The notes under the pieces were generated by a model. The model had not been told where the DNA came from. It saw only the letters and a program-made list of their open reading frames with translations, and made no database searches. Below are positions 45,801-54,400 of a stretch of 64,000 nucleotides of DNA, piece after piece. This DNA is from an uncultured Gammaproteobacteria bacterium. Its GTDB lineage: Bacteria > Patescibacteriota > Microgenomatia > Levybacterales > UBA12049. Where the stretch lies: assembly GCA_964497535.1 (NCBI GenBank), contig CAZCCG010000001.1, forward strand, positions 66,688-130,687. Direction: 5' to 3'. How positions within the stretch are numbered: position 1 is the stretch's first letter; each line of letters starts with the position of its first letter. A program made the position numbers and the translations under genes.

Positions 45801-48356
45801 GGGAACCATATTGCCTCATTTGCAGTCAGCCCTGATATTTCAGAGGACGGCGGACGAGCAGTAACACTTCTGAGTACCGCCCTAGATGCAGAAGGGAATA
45901 AAGTTCAACTCCCTACCCCGCCGATGTGGGTTGACCAGGATGCAAAAGGAGGATATCGTCTCATCGCATCAGGAGGAGAATATAATATGCCACAAGGACT
46001 GAAAGATGTAATCAAAACATTTGACCACCAGCGAAGTCCTCAACATGATCTGCGGGCATTGATGAGGCAAGCAGTTGACAGTTATTACGGCCGGGGAGGA
46101 CCAGATACTGTTATTGAAGGTCCGGATTCTATGCGGGGAATGCTCACTACAGAACATGGAGATATCCGGTATGACATCTCTCATGAAGGATATGACAAAT
46201 GGGCAAAAGTTGCAGCAGAAGCCGGAGATACCTTGCGTGATGGAGAAATTGGCAAGATGTCTATCCAGGATGCACTAACCGGACAACAAATACATGGGTT
46301 TGTAAATAAAGACAATATAGCCCGCTTCCCACTGGATCATTATGGTAATGAAGCTATTGGAATTGACCAGTGGAAAGCGATGGCACAAAAGCTTTCGGTT
46401 GACGGATGGATATTTCACGACAATACCGGTGCCGTAGTACAACCGCAGGATATTACTCCCCATATGGAACTGTTTGGTACACCCCCCGAAGCAACACAAT
46501 ATGTACCAAAAGATATTGTTGATGCACCGGTAGTCACAACTGCTTTTGCTCCTCGGAACCCGCTTGAAGCAATGGAACGGCCGGATGAGAAAAAGAAACC
46601 GGATGACCAAGAAGGGGAAACTCCACCCCCTGTTACAACCCCTCCATCAGGAGAAACGCCGACAGATCAAACACCTCCTACACCACCAGTCACGACGCCT
46701 CCCCCAGTTCCTCCGGGGGGAGATTCCACCGGAACAACGACTGAGGTAACAGTACCGACAAATACATCTACGGAAGTGGTCACAACCGGCCAGGATAAAA
46801 CAGGAGAAAAAACCCAAACACGTGTACCAATAGAAGAACTTCTTACCTATGAGCAAATGAAAGAGGCGGGATATACAGATGAAGAGATTCAAGAGCACGC
46901 ACAGAAAAAAGAAAAAACGCCCCCAACACAAGAGACAACTGAAACTACCATCCCCATATCCGAACAAGAACCACTCTATCGATATGAAGCAGCAGTGGCA
47001 ACCAAAGCATCTACCCAGCATCCGGATACCAATGAGGATACGGCAATTACCGATGGAGGAAAAGGAGTTATTGCAGTATTTGATGGGTCAGGAGGAAATA
47101 GTGCAAGTATACTGGGGAAAGAATCTTTTGAGACAGCTCTTGCAACACTTCCTCCTCGCGCTACCAGAGCTGAAATTGAAGCGGCAATGCAGGCCGGATG
47201 GAAAACCTCTCAAGAAAGAATCCAGGCAGATGAAGCGGCGAATCCGGATCACAAAGGAATGGCATCAACCGGTACTGTTGTAAAAATATTCATGGAGAAT
47301 GGCAAACGCTATGCCATGGTGCTACAAGCCGGCGACAGTAGAGGAAGTTTTGTACAGAAAGATGGGACGCTACGACAAGTCACGAAAGATGATGCCGCAA
47401 GACTCGGCAATGACAGCCAAATGCCCTCAATTGATGTCGTAGAAGTAACAGATAATGACGCATTCTTTATAACCACCACCAAAGGTGTCCATGAACAGTT
47501 TACTCCTGAGGAAATGGCTGCAACTGCAAAGGGACATAAATCTGCGCAAGAGTTAGTAAGAAGACTTGTTATGATAAAAGCGCTTGAAGCACGCAGAAAG
47601 AACATACCCATTCCTGACGATATGACAGCAGCGGCAATTAAATTGGAGGGTATAGATACTTCCAAAACAGGAAAAACTGAGGAAGAACAACAAAGGGAAC
47701 GAAGAGTAGAGCTAGGTAGTATAGTAGACATAATTCGGTCACTTAAAGAGAAGGGAGAAGCTACAACCAACCCGTTGTTCTTTACTGGAGCTAATGGTGA
47801 ATATGGGTGGGAAGAGGTTCGGATGGGATCTCCTGTTAAGGCAGATAGTGACCACGCCTTTCGCGGGTATCTCATGGTAGAACCAAATGACATTCCGCTA
47901 GCTATGCAGATTCTCCTCAAGAAAGCTCCTCAGCTGCTTGCCCAAGGTCAAGGAGTCGATGCCAAATTCTTACTGATGAAATTACCTCAATTCGCAGATG
48001 TCGCAGAACGAAATAAATATATCAATAATCGTGATAACTTGGCTAAGTATGAAGGCCTCACACCTGAAGATCCCCGCATTGCCCTATATGGAGATTCACA
48101 GGCAGCTATTGAAGCGATTTTGACAGTTCTGGCCGAGGATCCGCAGTGGCAAGATATTGAGCAACGAAGACTAGATGCGTTTGGAGGATCTGATCATACT
48201 CCCCGAAGACCCGGAACTAATGCCTTAGTACACAAGGGGAGAGAATATAGATCCTTAAACTATGGAAACATACGCGGGTATTCTGAAGATGAAGCTGCAG
48301 ATCCCGCCTGGAGAGATAAAAAAATCGGTGAACAGACCGTACCGTTAGCTTCGTAA
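42867..48356 (+). CDS. Giant candidate secreted effector 1: Pro-rich repeat, shared core, PP2C-like domain, terminal unknown domain
   Basis: 1829 aa; core aligns by eye with 48808..53505; NEDT, VFDGSGG, GMASTGT, AGDSRG, TKDD, PDDMT. Confidence 0.75.
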   Translation: MAEINQPGGPEVRYNPERTDSREAVVHAARVGFDEFNKQARTLEAKKTDELTPKERQFLRDRNVFKSGIDETIDHKDANGNPAARDSIPTDFENRENPQGPQFRQYEGIPVGRVIGFLHEKIGALEADPASDKMYIAELKQSYDVLRRNTKAYSERRSVSNGKFFSRVEEEARRIAQDPLVATHDQNGNSDLVANYYYALNEIRTRQELIFPKNKNVVLPPEEPDTKLLPPGQRPAELPPGNHPPELPPGQKPGELGPGQHPPELPPGVHPPELPPGQKPPELPPGQKPPELPPGVKPPELPPGDRPLELPPGRPTPEDVDQIRRDFAIVNRHADVEKRAREYAEQKVREEYKKGSFLNPKDMFRKIKLRVGEEYYRQKYIQEARTAMLANNNSYMDMDAATLGLTDAKHRIDEERQAGTAKAEQVALQARERIQVGGTEVKEAHGALKDAIMKDIIRPVIEGKITDPAQVQDVIKQFVEANNTDPDVQEIFGKDATQYGKQAEYYASNLLETGALVREDVAAHRYAMEQIDEVVHIQLGNPSWAAETQANFNTADKLIARLQNGPLRGWAANPAAIGLAASAVGFFGTRLPGRVGQAAGAVPGVGVLMGAGFAALRRNMDLKHDMEAHRVERAYNMQVPKDAKRREALEQFAYKTASVNELLEGGQDREGMLGGDSRGLKELAQLNLSINNPNTPNPAETDLRALMNREHLLRRMSEVQARLDFSAQEKVDLITFETREQVEQGRLELIKGLAQARLALKNAGMDEDTMKADLDRYGSQWTKSFIQDRDQENRKFANYRVKESLKAGAFAGAIGLGGVFVSQEALAGAGRVIGKHVNDTILEHGIKGIGGIAETVKSHLPTPGSVPAAVGAVAEAGRNTQQAIGSIDVTPGAVANKVGEVVNGIRSTDIPGVVSGAAAEAGNKIGSTNPEQILRSMGDFLTAEAPVPSSSEIHGLISADLLKQAYENPRNFPIFDAAGNHIASFAVSPDISEDGGRAVTLLSTALDAEGNKVQLPTPPMWVDQDAKGGYRLIASGGEYNMPQGLKDVIKTFDHQRSPQHDLRALMRQAVDSYYGRGGPDTVIEGPDSMRGMLTTEHGDIRYDISHEGYDKWAKVAAEAGDTLRDGEIGKMSIQDALTGQQIHGFVNKDNIARFPLDHYGNEAIGIDQWKAMAQKLSVDGWIFHDNTGAVVQPQDITPHMELFGTPPEATQYVPKDIVDAPVVTTAFAPRNPLEAMERPDEKKKPDDQEGETPPPVTTPPSGETPTDQTPPTPPVTTPPPVPPGGDSTGTTTEVTVPTNTSTEVVTTGQDKTGEKTQTRVPIEELLTYEQMKEAGYTDEEIQEHAQKKEKTPPTQETTETTIPISEQEPLYRYEAAVATKASTQHPDTNEDTAITDGGKGVIAVFDGSGGNSASILGKESFETALATLPPRATRAEIEAAMQAGWKTSQERIQADEAANPDHKGMASTGTVVKIFMENGKRYAMVLQAGDSRGSFVQKDGTLRQVTKDDAARLGNDSQMPSIDVVEVTDNDAFFITTTKGVHEQFTPEEMAATAKGHKSAQELVRRLVMIKALEARRKNIPIPDDMTAAAIKLEGIDTSKTGKTEEEQQRERRVELGSIVDIIRSLKEKGEATTNPLFFTGANGEYGWEEVRMGSPVKADSDHAFRGYLMVEPNDIPLAMQILLKKAPQLLAQGQGVDAKFLLMKLPQFADVAERNKYINNRDNLAKYEGLTPEDPRIALYGDSQAAIEAILTVLAEDPQWQDIEQRRLDAFGGSDHTPRRPGTNALVHKGREYRSLNYGNIRGYSEDEAADPAWRDKKIGEQTVPLAS
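43551..43805 (+). repeat. 27-bp / 9-aa tandem repeat (LPPGxxPxE) x ~9.5
   Basis: LPPGQRPAE LPPGNHPPE LPPGQKPGE ... LPPGDRPLE LPPG. Confidence 0.9.
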
Positions 48357-48457
48357 TATAGTGTTTATCAGCTCCTCATAAGCTAACTATAAGCCAGCTA
48401 TTATTGACATACGTGGTACCACCTGTAATACTTGAATAGGCAAAGGTGGTGATTTTT

Positions 48458-48799
48458 GTGGATGAACAAACAATGAAAATTCCGAAAGAAATTCGAGACT
48501 ATTTGGAAAATCTGCTGAAAGATGCGCAGATGACTCCGCTGGATGAGGAAATGCACGAAGAAATGATTATGCAGCTCTATCGTCGACTCGATACCTTTCT
48601 CAATGCAACCATTATGAATCACCTTCCTCCAAAGCATATGGACGCATTTATAAAGATCAATGAGGAAAAGAAGTCTCAGGCAGAAATTGAGCAATTCTTA
48701 AAAGAAAACATGCCCAATGCTCAAGACGTTTTTGCACAAGCGTTTGTTGATTTTAGAAAAACCTATCTGGGAGATTCAAAATCAAAAGATAGTAACTAA
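48458..48799 (+). CDS. Small acidic helical protein B (DUF5663-like; candidate chaperone)
   Basis: AAAGGTGGTGA SD before GTG; IP.E...LE..L.DA.M..LD..M.EEM...LY.RLD.F and MPNAQ.VF..AF..FR..YLG shared with protein A. Confidence 0.8.
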   Translation: MDEQTMKIPKEIRDYLENLLKDAQMTPLDEEMHEEMIMQLYRRLDTFLNATIMNHLPPKHMDAFIKINEEKKSQAEIEQFLKENMPNAQDVFAQAFVDFRKTYLGDSKSKDSN

Positions 48800-48807
48800 T
48801 ACAACCT

Positions 48808-51800
48808 ATGCCAGACATAACAGCACCTGATCGACTGCCCCCCGCACCGGTCCATCAAGCAGATCGGAATATTGTTCGTGGCCCAAACCGACCCTTACCT
48901 CCCGCACCAATCCGTCAGGAAGATAGAGAAAGTGACCACAGAGAAGACCACCAAACAGTAACCAATAATCATGATAACGGCCAGCCACAAGATGAAAAAA
49001 TTCGAGTTAACATTATCAATACTCAAGAAGAAGCAAGTAAAGCAGGGAAAGAACGTGCTGAAGAGCGCAAGAATGAGATCCTCCGACATCCTCCCGGATG
49101 GAGTATTGTTAATTGGGCACGACGCATTGGTATGCGATGGATTGAAGGTGGTTGGGTCAGTATTCAAAAAGACCGATATATGGAAGTTATGCGCCGAAAT
49201 GGCTCAACACTTCTCACTACGGATATGGCACGGGGAGCAGCAGCTATTACCCAAGCCGAGAGAGCACAACATCAACAAAAACAAGAAGCTGTTATTGAAC
49301 GGTTTCAAAGCCGTAATGAAACAGATCTTGCAAACAGAGGAGAACTCAAACGTACACTTGATCGACCAGAAAACCAAGAAGTACGCAATTTGATTGTCAA
49401 TGAAATCCTCAGGCCTATTACAAATGGTACTGTTACCAATCCCGATCAAGTACAGGCACAGCTCGCCCAATTTGTTCTCAACCATATTGACAATCCTCTC
49501 GTCCGAGAATTCTTTGGTGCCGAAGCAAACATGTTTGGCGATCGTGCACAGTTCTTTGCAACTGATTTGTTCGAAACAGGTCAACGAGTCAAGATAAAGA
49601 TGGAGCAGGAGAATAAAAGCCTAGGCGATTTAGATCATCTTATTGAAGTCACCGTCGGACTTGCCAAAGGAGGAGCAATGACGGATACCCGTGGAAATAT
49701 AGACCAGTGGGTTGCAGCGGCAAAACGGCGACAAGCAAATATACTTGCAAGCGGAGCACAGGGACTAGGATTCCATGGAATTATTTCCAATCCTGCTGTT
49801 GTCGGTATTGCAGGAAGCTTGGCTGCGCAAGGGTTGCTACGAGGGGCAGGAGCAGCAGGACGAGCATTGGATCTTCCGTCCCTAGGTGTTGGCTCTTTAA
49901 TGGCAGGAGTAGCAGCTGGTGTCAGAGCTCGAAGCGAATTCCGCGCTGACCGGGCAATGAGTCAAGTACAACGTGTTGCATATGGACAAACGCCGGAAGC
50001 AAATGCGAGAAAACATCAGGAGTTGGCCAGATTTGATTACCAAACAGTACAAGCGGAAGAGCTCCTGCGAGGCGGAGGAACAGACTCTATTAGCGGTGTC
50101 CCCCGTAGAAGTTTTGATGACCTGTTGACAGCAGACTTAACCCTTGAAGCGAATAGAACCCAGGTCTTCAGCCGTATCGCAGAAATCGACAGCCGGATTG
50201 AGTACGGCAATATGAACAATGTAGATCTGATTTCCTATTCCGGTAAAGATGTTATGGAACGCCAACGAATGCAGATGGATCAGGAAATTGCACGAGCCCG
50301 AATTACTCTCAGACGAACAGGCCTGTCTAACACAGAAATTGATAGCGAAATTGACCGACTCAAAACTGAGGCAAACAGAAGACTCATACAAAATAGAGAA
50401 GCCCAAGATCAGCAATTCGAACAAGCACGGATGCGCTATGCCCTCAGACAAGGTGGTCAAGCAGCATTGTTTGGAGCTGTCTTTGGACTTGCATCCCAAG
50501 AAGGAGTTGCTCTTGCTTCTCGAGCTGCATCTCATATAGCAGATAATGTCCCAATTGCCGGGGGATTGAAAAATATTGGCCTCTTTCGACAAACCGGAAG
50601 TACTATTGCAGAAATTCCCTGGAACAAAGTTATGGAGGCAACCGGACATGATAACCTCAGAACTGATATTTCGATAGCCTCTTTGGGACTCAACCTCAAT
50701 AAAGTCCAGGAACTCTATCAGCATCCGGGAAATATGGATTTCCAAATGCCTGATGGGTCACACTATACCCTGGCAGTTGGAGATAGTTACCAGGCAAGTC
50801 TTCTCGACGCAGCAGGAAATCGTGTTCCCACCGGGCCGCTTGAAATCACTCAGGAAGGACATGTTATTTCCTGGGGACCAGTTCCTGACCAACTCAAATC
50901 AACGCTCAAAGATACGTTGGGCTGGACCATCAATGAAAATGTACCCAACCCCGATTATGATTTGGCAAAGGGAGTAACCCGCTGGATGGAAGCTGTCCAG
51001 AATGGCAATGCGGAACACATCACCGGTATCCATGGCAACATGATCTACGACTTGCAACCGGATGGACAGATGTCGGTAACCCTCAATCCGACAACTGACA
51101 ATGTGATGATCCATGGATTTGGCACCATGACCGATGGCAAAGGAATGATTGATGTTGATCCGACATTCAATGGCAATGCAGAGGCATTTGCCAATCATGG
51201 TGATCTGATCCGCAACGAATTGGGGGCAGCCGGATTTCAGGTAGATGTCGAAACTATTCCGGGGCATGATGAGACTGTTGATATTGCAGATTATCTGCGA
51301 GAGAAGGGCGAACTCTCCCCAACCATGAGAGAACTCTGGCATGATAACCAAACTCCCATGCGGTTTGTAAATGGCCGTTGGATCGGCGCAGACGGTAAAG
51401 AATTACAACTCTACCATCACGTCAAAGATGTAGGTCCAGTGACACCACAACAAGCACTAAGCCACATCAAAGAGCAGATCCCTCCCCAGATGCTTCGTAA
51501 CCCGCATGTGCAACAATTAATGCAGGAATTACAAAAACCAGGGACACTGCAAAGTCTTACTCCTGAGAAAGTACAACAACTGGTTGGACAACTTCCTCCC
51601 GAAATGCAAAAAACTCCTCAAGTACAAGCCGCAGTTGAGGAATTCAATAAAGTATTCCAGACCAAACAACGGGTCGTTGAAGTAGACTTTGCTAAAATGG
51701 TCAGCCAATTCCAACGAGGAGTGTGGCGCAATTGGGATTATTCTGTTGATAATCAATATAACCGTGTGGTCAATGACATTGTTGCGCAGCCGGATGGCAC

Positions 51801-53505
51801 ACGACTCTATAGAAATTTTGAAGTGATGATCACCCCCAATAAAGCCCTGGATTCAGCCAGACAAGCAGTGGTATTTAGCCTGGACAAACATCCAGAACTA
51901 CTTACAGGCAAACTCGACTTTGACGTCAATTCCGAAGAGGCAAAGATGTTCTTCCAACTTGATGAAAATGGGAATCCCATTGCCAATAGTTTTGGTCCGC
52001 AAAATTATCAAAAAGCTGCATTTATAGAAATTGCGCATATGCAACCAAATGGTTTGAGAACTATTCTCGCAACGTCACAGGGACCGGGCATTGATCAGTG
52101 GCATCACAAAACTCCCGATCATCAGATATTCCATGTCACTCCCCCTTCTTCAACAGAACTCATCCCGCCGGAAGCTCCCCTTCCCGGAGATACACCGTGG
52201 CTTGTCACTCCCGGCCGCACTCCGAGACATCCGTTGGAAAGAACAACCCCAGGGTTACCTCCTATAGAACCCCCAGTTAGAGAACGGTACCCGGGACTAC
52301 CAACATACGAAGGCAACTTTCCCCCTGGTAGTCGCATGAAGAATATTTTAAGAAGAAAAAACCAAGGAAGGATAGAACCGGGAAGAATTCAAGTAAATGA
52401 TAGTGAAGGTCAACGAGCACTCCAGGAAGCTAAAGACGCATTTGGACAAGCAGATAGTATTTATTTTGTTCTAGGAGGCGCTATTGGTGATTCTGTTATT
52501 GCCACCGCATATTTACGAGGAATCGAAGAAGCTCTCCGACAACAAGGCAGGAATACTCCAATAACAATTATTGCGAATCAAGATTATGGAAATCTATTTG
52601 ATGGCCTTGCCAGAGGAAATGTTAGTATCATAAAAGCCCCCCGAGGAACGGGATTGTCCACTGCTGAAAGAAACATTGCAACCGCTGCATCATCATCTCC
52701 CTTAATTATTGATTTTGAACATTATAGAGACGAAAATCCAGCTATTACAAAAGACCTACTTACAGGGACAACAACGATAAGCAATTTACTTGGCCCTTCT
52801 ATTGAACTCTATAATAATAATACCGATAGGGAAAGAAGATATAGCCATGTTATCGAAGATCTATTTTCTTTAAACAAAGATTCCATTCCACCTCAGGAAG
52901 CACGGCCATCTATTCCGCCGCCTGCAAATAAGGATAGGCTCTACCAAGCTGTTGCTCAACGATGTGGAATCGATATGAATAACCAAAACCAAATTGGAAT
53001 TGTCGTTGAAGGATCACGAGCAGGCAAACGATATAGTTTGGACAACTGGACACAAGTTATTTCTGAAATATCTGCACAAAAGCCTGGATATCAGTTCAAT
53101 ATACTTTATAACGCAAATAATCCACAATCAGGCTATGGGAGAGTAGATATTGAACGGGCTATTGCGCGTGCCGGGCTTACGAATGTGCACATAATTGAAG
53201 CTAACCTAGAAGAATCGGTTTCTCTTATGGATAAACAAAAATTAGTATTGTCTAATGATACCGGCTTTGCCCACGTTGCAGCGTCGATTGAAAATGGACC
53301 AAAAGCAGTGACAATCTTTACTCCGAAGAATTTTCCACCAGTCTTCTGGGTATCGAGTGATAGACAAATCCCTGTTATGATATCCTCCACTCAGGAAGCT
53401 AGACTCCCGGATGTAGACATCAATGTAGATGATGAGAGACAAAAACTCATTAATAAAATCCCTCCACGACAAGTAGCACAAGCAGCTATTACTCAGCTCC
53501 CTTAA
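48808..53505 (+). CDS. Giant candidate secreted effector 2: shared core plus C-terminal GT9 (heptosyltransferase-like) domain
   Basis: 1565 aa; LGGAIGDSVIAT, GKRYSLDNW, LSNDTGFAHVAAS, AVTIF. Confidence 0.78.
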   Translation: MPDITAPDRLPPAPVHQADRNIVRGPNRPLPPAPIRQEDRESDHREDHQTVTNNHDNGQPQDEKIRVNIINTQEEASKAGKERAEERKNEILRHPPGWSIVNWARRIGMRWIEGGWVSIQKDRYMEVMRRNGSTLLTTDMARGAAAITQAERAQHQQKQEAVIERFQSRNETDLANRGELKRTLDRPENQEVRNLIVNEILRPITNGTVTNPDQVQAQLAQFVLNHIDNPLVREFFGAEANMFGDRAQFFATDLFETGQRVKIKMEQENKSLGDLDHLIEVTVGLAKGGAMTDTRGNIDQWVAAAKRRQANILASGAQGLGFHGIISNPAVVGIAGSLAAQGLLRGAGAAGRALDLPSLGVGSLMAGVAAGVRARSEFRADRAMSQVQRVAYGQTPEANARKHQELARFDYQTVQAEELLRGGGTDSISGVPRRSFDDLLTADLTLEANRTQVFSRIAEIDSRIEYGNMNNVDLISYSGKDVMERQRMQMDQEIARARITLRRTGLSNTEIDSEIDRLKTEANRRLIQNREAQDQQFEQARMRYALRQGGQAALFGAVFGLASQEGVALASRAASHIADNVPIAGGLKNIGLFRQTGSTIAEIPWNKVMEATGHDNLRTDISIASLGLNLNKVQELYQHPGNMDFQMPDGSHYTLAVGDSYQASLLDAAGNRVPTGPLEITQEGHVISWGPVPDQLKSTLKDTLGWTINENVPNPDYDLAKGVTRWMEAVQNGNAEHITGIHGNMIYDLQPDGQMSVTLNPTTDNVMIHGFGTMTDGKGMIDVDPTFNGNAEAFANHGDLIRNELGAAGFQVDVETIPGHDETVDIADYLREKGELSPTMRELWHDNQTPMRFVNGRWIGADGKELQLYHHVKDVGPVTPQQALSHIKEQIPPQMLRNPHVQQLMQELQKPGTLQSLTPEKVQQLVGQLPPEMQKTPQVQAAVEEFNKVFQTKQRVVEVDFAKMVSQFQRGVWRNWDYSVDNQYNRVVNDIVAQPDGTRLYRNFEVMITPNKALDSARQAVVFSLDKHPELLTGKLDFDVNSEEAKMFFQLDENGNPIANSFGPQNYQKAAFIEIAHMQPNGLRTILATSQGPGIDQWHHKTPDHQIFHVTPPSSTELIPPEAPLPGDTPWLVTPGRTPRHPLERTTPGLPPIEPPVRERYPGLPTYEGNFPPGSRMKNILRRKNQGRIEPGRIQVNDSEGQRALQEAKDAFGQADSIYFVLGGAIGDSVIATAYLRGIEEALRQQGRNTPITIIANQDYGNLFDGLARGNVSIIKAPRGTGLSTAERNIATAASSSPLIIDFEHYRDENPAITKDLLTGTTTISNLLGPSIELYNNNTDRERRYSHVIEDLFSLNKDSIPPQEARPSIPPPANKDRLYQAVAQRCGIDMNNQNQIGIVVEGSRAGKRYSLDNWTQVISEISAQKPGYQFNILYNANNPQSGYGRVDIERAIARAGLTNVHIIEANLEESVSLMDKQKLVLSNDTGFAHVAASIENGPKAVTIFTPKNFPPVFWVSSDRQIPVMISSTQEARLPDVDINVDDERQKLINKIPPRQVAQAAITQLP

Positions 53506-53561
53506 CCCCATCCTATAAGTTCTTACAAACATTTTGTTAGGCATTTGTTATCCTATAGTGC

Positions 53562-53590
53562 TTGACTTTGAGGCTATTTCATGGTATACT
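53562..53590 (+). promoter_or_regulatory. Sigma70 promoter for the GC-rich gene
   Basis: TTGACT-17 nt-TATACT with extended -10 TG. Confidence 0.65.
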
Positions 53591-53699
53591 ACCCCTGCAT
53601 TCTGGACAAGTAGAGGCAAATCTCAAGTGCCGAACGCTTGTCCCCAGTGCGCACGCACGTTTCAGCAGAGGGGGACAACCCCAGAAGGAGCAGACTCAA

Positions 53700-54140
53700 A
53701 TGCCTCAGCAGCACGGCAGGCAACGCGGCATTCGCGAGCGCGTCGGAGAGGTCCTATTGGGGCCCGAAGGCACCCGCCGCAACCAGCCCCATGCGCAGGC
53801 GGCAGAGCCTCTGACCCAGCAAGCCCAGACGGCCACGCCCGTGGGGCCACGCTTCGACGGGCACACGCTCATCGGGGCGACCCTGCTCAAGCTCGGCCGC
53901 GGCAGCGGCCACGACGGCTACCTCCTCCGCCTCTTGGCGGACGGCAAGGCCGCCGAGGCTCCCGAGTGGGAGCCGAATAACGCCTGGGAGGCCAGCTGGA
54001 AACTCGACGAGCAGGGCAACCTGCACGTCACGGCCAACGGGGTCACCACCTCGGTCTCGCCCAAGCGCGCGGGCATCCCGCGCCGGTACGAGGCCAGACA
54101 GGACGAGACGCCTTACAGCGTCTACATCCTGAGCGACTAG
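53700..54140 (+). CDS. Very GC-rich hypothetical protein (probable start 53700)
   Basis: AGAAGGAG SD; G/C-ending codons dominate in this frame; has its own promoter and terminator. Confidence 0.65.
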   Translation: MPQQHGRQRGIRERVGEVLLGPEGTRRNQPHAQAAEPLTQQAQTATPVGPRFDGHTLIGATLLKLGRGSGHDGYLLRLLADGKAAEAPEWEPNNAWEASWKLDEQGNLHVTANGVTTSVSPKRAGIPRRYEARQDETPYSVYILSD

Positions 54141-54158
54141 TTCAGGAACGTGCCCCAT

Positions 54159-54200
54159 GGGGCGGCTCGCGCAGCATTGCGCAGCCGCCCCTTTTTCTTT
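54159..54200 (+). terminator. Rho-independent terminator
   Basis: GGGGCGGCT...AGCCGCCCC followed by TTTTTCTTT. Confidence 0.8.
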
Positions 54201-54400
54201 GTTATAGGACTTTTCACAGAAAACCCCTTTTTTATACCCCTTTGACCTACTTTGATAACCTTGCAATAGGATTTTTCACGTTATACACTAATTGAGACTC
54301 TTCTATAGGGTTTATATTCTATGGTGGGGTCTCAACTGTCCATCTTCAACGCATCTGTTTGAAACTGGATATTTGAAACAAGTATTCATTTCTATTTATT

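Noticed and set aside
48458-48799. Small gene B as the immunity protein for giant 1
   Set aside because: It is a close paralog of small gene A despite the unrelated C-terminal domains, has its own promoter-like sequence and SD, and abuts the downstream giant; this fits a chaperone better.
53534-54266. Overlapping ORFs 53534..53980 (+) and 53754..54266 (-)
   Set aside because: Expected by-products of high GC; only the 53700 frame has promoter, SD, GC3 bias and terminator.
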